39,862 nt of DNA from Vicinamibacterales bacterium (lineage in GTDB: Bacteria > Acidobacteriota > Vicinamibacteria > Vicinamibacterales > 2-12-FULL-66-21), in contig JBKJRJ010000302.1 of the NCBI GenBank assembly GCA_046594705.1, positions 1 through 39,862 of the forward strand. Reading direction: 5' to 3'. Shown one piece after another: positions 18,775 to 26,685 of the stretch. Every line of letters begins with the position of its first letter. Position 1 is the first letter of the stretch. The notes beneath the pieces are model-generated. The model had not been told where the DNA came from, searched no databases, and saw only the letters and a list, made by a program, of their open reading frames with translations. The position numbers and the translations under genes are program-made.

Positions 18775-21700
18775 GCGACGCCCCGGCCGAGCCGTCCGAG
18801 CCGTCGGCGGCATCCGCCCCGGCCCCACCGCCGCCGCCCGGCACTCGGCGGACGCAGCGCCTCCTCCGGGCGCTGGGCGTCCTGGTGGCGCTCGTGGCTG
18901 CCGTCATCATCACGTTCGTGACCATCGACGTCGGACCGAGGCTGAAGGGCATCGCCGAGAAAGAGGGCACGAAGTTCTTCGACCGCCCGATGCACATCGG
19001 CAAGCTCAGCATCGTCCTGCGCAACGGCTCGTTCAAGGTCGAGGATCTGGTCATCGAAGGCCTGACGCCTGCCGATCGCCCCTTTCTGAAGGCCAAAACC
19101 GTTTTCATGAACCTGCCGTGGTGGACCTTCCTCACCCACGACCTGATCGTGGAGAACGTGGACATGGACGGCTGGGAGATGCTCGTGGAGCAATTTCCCG
19201 GGCGTCACAGCTTTCCCAGGCTGGGTGGGCCGAAAAAGCCGAGGACCAGCCCGTCGCGCTTCAAGATGACCACCACGGTGCGGCAGGTCAACGCGCGTAA
19301 CGGTCTGTTCACCTATGACGACCACACCACGCCGTGGCTGGTGGTCTGCCGCAATCTCAACGTCAGCGTGTTCAAGGGGCTTGACAGCTATCGCGGCACG
19401 GCCCAGTTCACCGACGGCTCGGTGAAGATCCTGCAGTACGAATCCTTCCGTGCCGACATGCAGTCGCGCTTCAAGATCGATGGTGGCAGGATCACCCTCG
19501 AGCACATCAACCTGCAGAGCGTCGGCGCCTCAACGACGGTCACCGGCTACGTCGACATCCCCAGCTGGCCGACGATGGTCTACCACGTGAAGTCGCGTAT
19601 CGACTTTCCCATCCAGAAGGCGCTCTACTTCAAGACGATGGACTTCACCGTGGCGGGCCAGGGTGATTTCGACGGGACGTTCCGTTTTTTCAAGACGCCG
19701 AAAGGGACGGGGCGCGAGCTGAAGGGCTCCTTCACGAGCCGCGAGGCGGGGGTCAACGCCTGGCGGTTCCCCAACGTCCACGGCTCACTGCTCTGGACCA
19801 ACAACGCGTTCCGCGTCACCGACGTGACGACCGATCTGTACGGTGGACGCACCAGGTTCGATTACACGATGGAGCCGATCGGCGTTGCGGGTCAGCCCGT
19901 GCAGGTGGTGTGGGATGCCCGCTATGCCGACGTCGACCTCACCCGGCTGACCGATTTTCTCGAACTGAAGGGGCTCCGTCTCGCCGGGCGGGCGACCGGC
20001 CGCAATCGTCTCGAGTGGCCGCTCGGCAGGTTCGGCCTGAAACGCGGCGAGGGCGAGGTGACGGCGACCATGCCGGCAGGCGCGGCGCCGATGACGAAAG
20101 AGCTGCCGCCGGGCATGATCGCGAAGGTCGACCCGCTGCCGCGGGAGCAGGGGCCGTTCAACTCGCAGTTGCCGATCGGGCACGTGCCGATCGCCGGGCG
20201 GATCGCCTACTCGCTGGATCCGGAATGGATCACCTTGGCGCATGGCTGGGCCGCGACCGAAAAGACTTACGTCGAGTTCACGGGGCGGACCGCCTGGGCC
20301 CAGCGCTCCGAGATCCCCTTCCACGTGACCAGCCTGGACTGGCAGGAGAGCGACCGTGTCCTCGCCGGGCTGATGACCGCGTTTGGCGCGCCGACGGGGG
20401 CGATCGATATCGGCGGGCGCGGCGAGTTCGACGGCGTGCTGCACGAATCGTTCTCCCGTCCGCGCATCGAGGGGCGCTTCGTCGGCGATCGCATGCGGGC
20501 GTGGGATACCAACTGGGGCCATGGCGTGGCCGACCTCGTCATCCAGAACAGTTACGTCGACATCACGCGCAGCGTGATCGAACGTGACGGGTCGCGGATC
20601 GAGGCCGAGGGACGGTTCTCGCTCGGCTTTCCGCGTAAGGAGGGCGGGGAAGAGATCAACGCCAACGTGCGCATGACGAGGCGTCCGCTGGCGGATCTGC
20701 GTCACGCCTTCGTGCTCGACGACTATCCGATCGACGGGCTGACCTCCGGCGAGTTCCATGTCTACGGCCGGTATCTCGGACCGCACGGGGTCGGCCGCCT
20801 GCAGATTGACCAGGGCCGGGCGTATGGCGAGCCGTTCGAGGTGGCGACCGCGAGCCTGCGATTCGAAGGCGCCGGCGTGCGGCTGGACAAGCTCGACGTC
20901 AGGAAGAGCACCGGCGCGGTGACCGGGGCAGCCTGGGTGGCGTGGGACGGCAACTACTCGTTCGATGCCAGCGGCGCACGAATTCCCGTCGAGTCCCTGG
21001 CGCTGGTCTCATTTCCTCGGGCGCCGCTCTCGGGCATGCTGCAGTTCGACGCCACCGGCACCGGCACGTTCGAGACGCCGCGCTACGACGTGCGGGTCGG
21101 CATCGCCGACCTGTTCGCCGGCGACGAGGGCATCGGACAGCTCAAGGGACGGCTGGCGCTGCGCGGCCAGATGCTCACCGTGGACTTCGACGCCTCCTCG
21201 CGGCGCCTGTCGGTGTCAGGCTCGGGCCGCCTGGCCAGGACGCCCGAGATGGACGTGGAGATGTCGGTGCGCTTCTCCGACACCTCGCTCGATCCGTACC
21301 TCCGGTTCTTCGCGCCAAAGATGTCTCCCTACACCACCGCCGTCGCCGACGGCACCATTCGCGTGGTCGGTGAGCTCGCCGACATCGATCACCTGCTGGT
21401 CGAGACGACGGTCGACAAGCTCCAGCTCAAGCTGTTCGACTATCCGGCCGCCAATGACGGGCCGATCCAGCTCGCGCTCAACCAACACGTCGTCGAAGTG
21501 AAGCGCTTCCGCCTGGCCGGTGAGGGGACCGCGCTCGAATTGAGCGGCAACATCGGGCTGCACGACAACCGCATTGCGCTCGACGCGTCGGGCGACGCCA
21601 ACCTGGGCATCCTGCAGGCGTTCTATCGTGATATCCGCAGCTCCGGCAACGCCTCACTGCACGCCCAGGTCCGCGGCCCGCTCGACGCGCCGGTGTTCGG

Positions 21701-22913
21701 CGGGCAGGCGACCATTGCCGGCGGCCGGGTGCGCTATTACTCGCTGCCGCACAGCCTGCAGGAGATCAACGGCCGGATCGACTTCGATGCGCAGGGGGTG
21801 CGCATCGTCGACGCGGTCGCGCAGCTGGGCGGCGGACCGGTGAAGTTCGGCGGACGGATCGGCCTCAGGGGCTACCAGATCGGCACCATCGATCTCACCG
21901 CGACGGGGGAGCAGATGAACCTGCGCTACCCCGAGGGCTTCCGCTCGACCATCGATGCGGCGCTGACGCTGCGCGGCGACCCCGCGGCGCTCGTGCTCGG
22001 CGGCAACGTCACCATTCGCGACGGCGTCTACTCGAAGCGCTTCGAGCCCAACGTGGATATCTTCTCGTTCGCCAGCGGCGGCCCCGTTCTGCCGTCGCCC
22101 GTGTCCGACACCTCGACGCTGCCGGTTCGCTTCGACATCAGGGTCTCGGCGCCGGGGACGCTCCGGCTCGAGAACAACCTGGCGCGCATGGTGGCCCGCG
22201 CCGATCTGACGCTGAACGGGAGCTACGACAAGCCGCTCCTCTTTGGTCGCGCCGACATCGAACGCGGCGAGGTCTTCTTCGAGGGCAACCGCTACCGCGT
22301 CACGCGCGGCACCGTCGATTTTCTCAATCCGTCGCGGCTCGAGCCGTTCTTCGATCTCGAAGCGGAGACCCGCATCCGCGTGGCCGCCGCGTCGGAGACC
22401 TACCGCGTGACCCTGGCGGTGTCGGGCACGCTCGACGGACGGATGAACCTGGAGTTGAACTCCGACCCGCCGTTGCCGACGGTGAACATCATTTCACTGC
22501 TGTTCGGACAGACCACCGATTTGGTCAACCCCGAGCTGCAGGCGCTGCGGCCGCAGGCCGCGACGCAGTCCGAAGAGCAGCTGCTCAAGGCCGGCATCCT
22601 GCGGGTCCTGGCCGGTGGCATCACCGGTACGGTTGGCCGCGCCGTGGAGCAGACCCTCGGCGTCGACACCGTGCAGATCTCGCCAAGCCTCGGCACCGAA
22701 AGCGATCCCCTGACGCCGTCCGCACGGCTCATTCTCGGCAAGCGCCTGTCGAATCGGGCCTACCTGACCTATTCGCGGTCGCTGGGCACGACGACCAGAG
22801 GAGAGCAGATCATCATTCTCGAGTACGACCAGTCGGATCGCCTCGGCTGGGTGCTGACGCAGAACGGCGCCAACACCTTCGCGATCGATTTCCGCGTCCG
22901 GAGGACGTTTTAG
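18771..22913 (+). CDS. tamB: TamB-like translocation and assembly module protein (AsmA-like superfamily, DUF490-type C-terminus)
   Basis: 1380 aa. It has an N-terminal signal anchor (LLRALGVLVALVAAVIITFVTI) and a very long beta-rich body. The C-terminus (ARLILGKRLSNRAYLTYSRSLG...ILEYDQSDRLGWVLTQN...AIDFRVRRTF) is typical of TamB. The GTG start overlaps the BCCP stop (GTGA). Confidence 0.9.
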   Translation: MSDAPAEPSEPSAASAPAPPPPPGTRRTQRLLRALGVLVALVAAVIITFVTIDVGPRLKGIAEKEGTKFFDRPMHIGKLSIVLRNGSFKVEDLVIEGLTPADRPFLKAKTVFMNLPWWTFLTHDLIVENVDMDGWEMLVEQFPGRHSFPRLGGPKKPRTSPSRFKMTTTVRQVNARNGLFTYDDHTTPWLVVCRNLNVSVFKGLDSYRGTAQFTDGSVKILQYESFRADMQSRFKIDGGRITLEHINLQSVGASTTVTGYVDIPSWPTMVYHVKSRIDFPIQKALYFKTMDFTVAGQGDFDGTFRFFKTPKGTGRELKGSFTSREAGVNAWRFPNVHGSLLWTNNAFRVTDVTTDLYGGRTRFDYTMEPIGVAGQPVQVVWDARYADVDLTRLTDFLELKGLRLAGRATGRNRLEWPLGRFGLKRGEGEVTATMPAGAAPMTKELPPGMIAKVDPLPREQGPFNSQLPIGHVPIAGRIAYSLDPEWITLAHGWAATEKTYVEFTGRTAWAQRSEIPFHVTSLDWQESDRVLAGLMTAFGAPTGAIDIGGRGEFDGVLHESFSRPRIEGRFVGDRMRAWDTNWGHGVADLVIQNSYVDITRSVIERDGSRIEAEGRFSLGFPRKEGGEEINANVRMTRRPLADLRHAFVLDDYPIDGLTSGEFHVYGRYLGPHGVGRLQIDQGRAYGEPFEVATASLRFEGAGVRLDKLDVRKSTGAVTGAAWVAWDGNYSFDASGARIPVESLALVSFPRAPLSGMLQFDATGTGTFETPRYDVRVGIADLFAGDEGIGQLKGRLALRGQMLTVDFDASSRRLSVSGSGRLARTPEMDVEMSVRFSDTSLDPYLRFFAPKMSPYTTAVADGTIRVVGELADIDHLLVETTVDKLQLKLFDYPAANDGPIQLALNQHVVEVKRFRLAGEGTALELSGNIGLHDNRIALDASGDANLGILQAFYRDIRSSGNASLHAQVRGPLDAPVFGGQATIAGGRVRYYSLPHSLQEINGRIDFDAQGVRIVDAVAQLGGGPVKFGGRIGLRGYQIGTIDLTATGEQMNLRYPEGFRSTIDAALTLRGDPAALVLGGNVTIRDGVYSKRFEPNVDIFSFASGGPVLPSPVSDTSTLPVRFDIRVSAPGTLRLENNLARMVARADLTLNGSYDKPLLFGRADIERGEVFFEGNRYRVTRGTVDFLNPSRLEPFFDLEAETRIRVAAASETYRVTLAVSGTLDGRMNLELNSDPPLPTVNIISLLFGQTTDLVNPELQALRPQAATQSEEQLLKAGILRVLAGGITGTVGRAVEQTLGVDTVQISPSLGTESDPLTPSARLILGKRLSNRAYLTYSRSLGTTTRGEQIIILEYDQSDRLGWVLTQNGANTFAIDFRVRRTF

Positions 22914-22915
22914 TT

Positions 22916-25900
22916 GTGGTGTCAACGCCGCGCGTGAGACCGGACCAGACGGTGCCGTCCACCCAGGGCCGGCGGCCGGAACCCCAGGGCCGACCCTACG
23001 GGAGGATCGCGGCCTGCGGTCGGCTGCTGGTCTGCGTGGTAATGGTGCGCTGCCTCGCGGCGGCGACGGTACAGGCGCAGGCGCCGGCGGCGGGGTCGTA
23101 TGTCGATCTCCCGATCCGTTCGGTCGCCGTCACGATCGAAGGGCGCCAGACGACCGAGCCGGCGTTGCTCGAGGCGGTGCAGACCAGGGTGGGCCAGCCC
23201 CTCAAGATGTCCGACGTGCGGGAAACGATCACGCACGTCTACAGCTTCGGCCGTTTCTCCGACGTGCGGGTCGAAGCCGAACGGACGGCCGACGCGGGCG
23301 TCGCCCTGCGGTTCGACCTGGCGCCGATTCACACCGTCACCCAGGTCAGGTTCACCGGCGAGCTGGGGCTGTCAGAGGGATTCCTGCGCGGGCGAACCAG
23401 CGAACGCTTCGGCGAAACCCCGGCGCTCGGCCGCGCCGGCGAGGTCGCGGTCTGGCTCGAAGCGTTGTACCAGGAGCGCGGCTACCTGAGCGCGACCGTC
23501 ACGGCCGCGCCGCCCGTGATCGAACACGATCCGGACCGCGCCACGCTGGTGTTCGACATCGCGTCGGGGCCACGCACCTCGATCGCGAAATCGACCGTCA
23601 GCGGCGACCGTCTCGACTCGGCCTCCGAGATCCAGTCGCGGCTGCACATCCAGCCCGGGCAGGCCTACCAGCCCGGCGAACTGCGCACGCGCCTCGACGA
23701 CCTGGTTACCTCGATGCGGCGCAGGCGCTACTACCAGGCCACCGCGAACGTGCAGACGCCGGTGTTCGATGCCGATCGCACGCAGGTCGAACTGACCGTG
23801 AGGGTAGAGCCAGGGCCGCTCGTCACGGTGCAGTTCGTGGGCGATCCGCTGCCGAAGGACAAGATCGCCGAGCTGGTGCCGGTCGAGCGGGAAGGCTCGG
23901 TGGACGAAGACCTGCTCGAAGACTCCGCGCTTCGCATCACCGACTATCTGCGCCAGCAAGGCTACTGGAAGGCCGAGGTGAAGCCGCCGGAACGCCGTGA
24001 ATCCCCCGGCGCCCTCACCATCGTCTTCACCGTCAATCGCGGCCGCGTCTATCGCGTCGCGCCCGGCGGGGTGGAGCTCACGGGGAGCCCGTCGCTGACC
24101 CCTGAGGATTTGCGGCCGCTGCTGCGGCTTGGCCAGGGGGATCTGTTCGTCGCCTCGCGACTCAGCGCCATCGAGGGCGCCATCAAGCAGGTCTACCGGA
24201 CGCGTGGGTATGCCACCGCTGAAGTGACCACAGCGGTGAACGAAATTGCAGACGGAGTGGTCAGGCCCGTCATTGTGATCAAGGAAGGCCCGCGCATTGT
24301 CGTCGGCCGGGTCGCTATCGCCGGCCACGCGGCGGTGGCGGAGGAACGGCTGCGCGCCGTCCTCAGCATCGCGCCCGGCCAGGCCTACTACGGCCCGTCC
24401 GTTGCCCAGAGCCGCGACGCGATGCTGGCCTTTTACCACGACGAGGGGTTCGCGTCGGCCGAGGTGTTGCTGTCGCCCGTGACGCCGACGATCACCGCCC
24501 AGGGAGCGGTTGCCGACATCACCTTCCGGGTGGTCGAGGGTTCGCAGACCGTAATCGAGCACATCTTCATCACGGGGAATCTGCGAACCAGGTCCAGCGT
24601 GATCGAGCGGGAGCTGCAGATTCGGGAGGGCCAGCCGCTCGGGCAGGGGGCGCTGACCGAGACGCGCCGCCGGCTGAGCGCGCTCGGACTGTTCCGCCGC
24701 ATCCAGATTTCGGCGATCTCCCACGGCGATGCGACGGCGCGCGACGTCGTGATTGCGGTCGAAGAGGCCCGGCAGACGACCATCGGCTACGGCGGCGGTC
24801 TGCAGATCGACCGGGTGCTGCGATCGACCGACAACGGGGAAGCCGCACGCGAGCGCTATGAGCTGGCGCCGCGCGGGTTCTTCGAGATGGGGCGCCGCAA
24901 TCTCGGCGGCCGCAACCGTTCCCTCAGTTTGTATTCGCGGTTGAGCCTGCGGCCCAATCCCGACGAGACGAGCAACAACCCGTTCGGCTTCTCCGAGTAC
25001 CGCGTCGTCGGCACCTATCTCGCGCCGCGCGCCCTGCGCAATTACGGCGACCTCACTGCCACCGCGGCTGTCGAGCAGGGGGTACGCACGGGATTCAACT
25101 TCAGCCGCAAGGGACTCACCGCGGGGCTCTCCCATCAGTTCCGGCCGACTCTCCGCGCCAGCGCGCGCTACTCGTTCGGAACCACGCGCATCTTCGACGA
25201 GCAGCTGCCCGAAGAGGACCAGCTCACGGTTGACCGGGTCTTTCCACAGGTTCGGTTGTCCAGCTTCTCGGCGGCGATCCTGCGCGATACCCGTGATGAC
25301 ACCCTCGAGCCGCAGAACGGTGCCTTCCTCACAGCCGACGCCTCGCTGGCGGCGCGTGCCATTGGATCGGAAGTGGGCTTCACCAAGACCTTTCTCCAGG
25401 GGTTCATCTACCGGAACCTGGGCATGCCGAACCTGGTGTTTGCCGGCGGTGCGCGCCTCGGCCTGGCGCGGCCGCTGCTGCGCCTGGTGACGATCGTCGG
25501 CCCTGGCGGCACCCCGCAGGTTGTCCGCGTCGGCGACCTGCCGGCCAGTGAACGCTTCTACGCCGGCGGCGACACCACCATCCGCGGCTACGCGCTCGAT
25601 TCGGTCGGCACGGCGGAGACCATTTCGCCGAACGGTTTCCCCAAGGGGGGCGACGCGGAGATCGTGCTGAATGCCGAACTCCGCATCCCGGTCCGCGGCG
25701 CGGTCGGCGCCGCCCTGTTTGTCGACGGCGGTAACGTGTTCGCGCAAGCGGGCGACGTCAGCCTGTCGCGTCTCCGCGGCAGCGTCGGCTTCGGCGGACG
25801 CTACCGTTCCCCGATAGGGCCGATCAGGGTTGACCTCGGATTCAAGCTCGATCGCCGCACCATCGGCGGCCGCCTCGAGCCGCGCTATGCCATTCATTTT

Positions 25901-25921
25901 TCAATCGGGCAGGCTTTTTAA
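22916..25921 (+). CDS. bamA: Omp85-family outer membrane protein assembly factor BamA (POTRA repeats + beta-barrel)
   Basis: 1001-aa ORF starting 2 nt after the tamB stop. It has repeated POTRA-like units (for example IRSVAVTIEGRQTTEPALLEAVQTRVGQPL, VTQVRFTGELGLSEGFL, VIEHIFITGNLRTRSSVIEREL). The barrel carries RFYAGGDTTIRGY and ends in an aromatic residue (HFSIGQAF). The exact start is uncertain because the signal-like segment (LLVCVVMVRCLAAATVQAQA) begins about 35 aa in. Confidence 0.9.
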   Translation: MVSTPRVRPDQTVPSTQGRRPEPQGRPYGRIAACGRLLVCVVMVRCLAAATVQAQAPAAGSYVDLPIRSVAVTIEGRQTTEPALLEAVQTRVGQPLKMSDVRETITHVYSFGRFSDVRVEAERTADAGVALRFDLAPIHTVTQVRFTGELGLSEGFLRGRTSERFGETPALGRAGEVAVWLEALYQERGYLSATVTAAPPVIEHDPDRATLVFDIASGPRTSIAKSTVSGDRLDSASEIQSRLHIQPGQAYQPGELRTRLDDLVTSMRRRRYYQATANVQTPVFDADRTQVELTVRVEPGPLVTVQFVGDPLPKDKIAELVPVEREGSVDEDLLEDSALRITDYLRQQGYWKAEVKPPERRESPGALTIVFTVNRGRVYRVAPGGVELTGSPSLTPEDLRPLLRLGQGDLFVASRLSAIEGAIKQVYRTRGYATAEVTTAVNEIADGVVRPVIVIKEGPRIVVGRVAIAGHAAVAEERLRAVLSIAPGQAYYGPSVAQSRDAMLAFYHDEGFASAEVLLSPVTPTITAQGAVADITFRVVEGSQTVIEHIFITGNLRTRSSVIERELQIREGQPLGQGALTETRRRLSALGLFRRIQISAISHGDATARDVVIAVEEARQTTIGYGGGLQIDRVLRSTDNGEAARERYELAPRGFFEMGRRNLGGRNRSLSLYSRLSLRPNPDETSNNPFGFSEYRVVGTYLAPRALRNYGDLTATAAVEQGVRTGFNFSRKGLTAGLSHQFRPTLRASARYSFGTTRIFDEQLPEEDQLTVDRVFPQVRLSSFSAAILRDTRDDTLEPQNGAFLTADASLAARAIGSEVGFTKTFLQGFIYRNLGMPNLVFAGGARLGLARPLLRLVTIVGPGGTPQVVRVGDLPASERFYAGGDTTIRGYALDSVGTAETISPNGFPKGGDAEIVLNAELRIPVRGAVGAALFVDGGNVFAQAGDVSLSRLRGSVGFGGRYRSPIGPIRVDLGFKLDRRTIGGRLEPRYAIHFSIGQAF

Positions 25922-25955
25922 TTGCAGATTGCAGATTGCAGATTGCGAACTGCGA
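25921..25955. repeat. Tandem 7-bp repeat (ATTGCAG)x3 plus two degenerate units (ATTGCGA, ACTGCGA)
   Basis: ATTGCAGATTGCAGATTGCAGATTGCGAACTGCGA begins at the last base of the bamA stop codon. It runs up to the SD (GAGGTGG) of the next gene. There is no inverted partner. Confidence 0.85.
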
Positions 25956-25964
25956 GGTGGTGAC

Positions 25965-26534
25965 ATGAACGTTCTGGCTTCCGTCTTCTCGAGCGCCGAA
26001 GCGCCGGCGAAGGTGGTCAGGCGGCAGTACACGCGCGGGATTGTTGCGCTGGTGATCTGTGTCTGCGCCGCCACGGTGGTGGCCGGTGAGGTCATCGATC
26101 GCATCCTCGCCGTCGTCGGTGGCCAGCCGGTGACGTTGTCTGACGTGACAGCGGCGAGGCGGTTCGGCCTCATCGAGCCTCCGCAGGGCACAGCCGATGC
26201 CGTGGCCCATACGCTCGAGCGGCTGATCGACCGCACGCTGATGCTGGCCGAGGTGGATCGCTTTCTGCCGCCCGAACCGGATCCCATCGAGATGACGGTC
26301 CGTGTCGATGCGCTCGAGCGGCGAGCTGGCTCGGTGGCCGCGTTCGACCAGGTGCTGGCCGAGACGGGGACCACGCGCGAGCAGCTGCGCCGCCACATCC
26401 GCGACGACTTGCGTATGGCGACCTACCTCAATCAGCGGTTCGGCACCACGGACCCTGGTGGACGCGCCACCGCGGTCGCCGCATGGGTGGCGGATCTGCG
26501 CCGCCGCGCCGACGTGACCATTCTCCGAAAGTAG
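25965..26534 (+). CDS. SurA N-terminal-domain-like periplasmic chaperone (no PPIase domain)
   Basis: 189 aa from ATG 25965, preceded by GAGGTGG. TM/signal segment IVALVICVCAATVVAG. Then VIDRILAVVGGQPVTLSDV...LERLIDRTLMLAEVDRF...TREQLRRHIRDDLRMATYLNQRFG resembles the SurA_N chaperone module. The track extension to 25830 overlaps bamA and is rejected. Confidence 0.72.
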   Translation: MNVLASVFSSAEAPAKVVRRQYTRGIVALVICVCAATVVAGEVIDRILAVVGGQPVTLSDVTAARRFGLIEPPQGTADAVAHTLERLIDRTLMLAEVDRFLPPEPDPIEMTVRVDALERRAGSVAAFDQVLAETGTTREQLRRHIRDDLRMATYLNQRFGTTDPGGRATAVAAWVADLRRRADVTILRK

Positions 26535-26569
26535 CCACGACCGGCGGTCGCGGGTCGCCATGCGGTGGG

Positions 26570-26587
26570 GCAGGCCTGAAGGCCTGC
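26570..26587 (+). terminator. GC-rich hairpin GCAGGCC-tgaa-GGCCTGC downstream of the SurA-like gene
   Basis: Perfect 7-bp stem with a tetraloop, 36 nt after the stop, in a convergent intergenic region. There is no T-tract, so it is a weak intrinsic-terminator candidate. Confidence 0.4.
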
Positions 26588-26653
26588 GCTCCGTGGCACG
26601 GCGCGAGGTTCGCGCTACAGCCGGGCAGCTGCGGGCGGAGCCTCTGAGGCGCA

Positions 26654-26670
26654 GGCCTGGCTCTCAGGCC
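26654..26670 (-). terminator. Hairpin GGCCTG-gctct-CAGGCC downstream of the minus-strand GT-C gene
   Basis: 6-bp perfect stem, 16 nt beyond stop 26686 on the minus strand. No U-tract. Confidence 0.35.
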
Positions 26671-26685
26671 CCGGCGGCCAGGGCG

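Noticed and set aside
23372-25897. 841-aa minus-strand ORF
   Set aside because: It is antisense to bamA, whose POTRA repeats and barrel motifs are clear on the plus strand.
25830-25964. Upstream extension of the SurA-like ORF
   Set aside because: The first 45 codons overlap the bamA C-terminus and read through the heptamer array (CRLQIADCELRGG). ATG 25965 has a good SD (GAGGTGG) and starts a sensible signal anchor.
26535-26685. Possible small RNA or tRNA in the 151-nt convergent intergenic region
   Set aside because: It contains only short GC hairpins consistent with terminators for the flanking convergent genes. There is no conserved RNA motif, promoter or tRNA arm. The track ORF 26560..26907 is Arg-rich and overlaps the GT-C gene.
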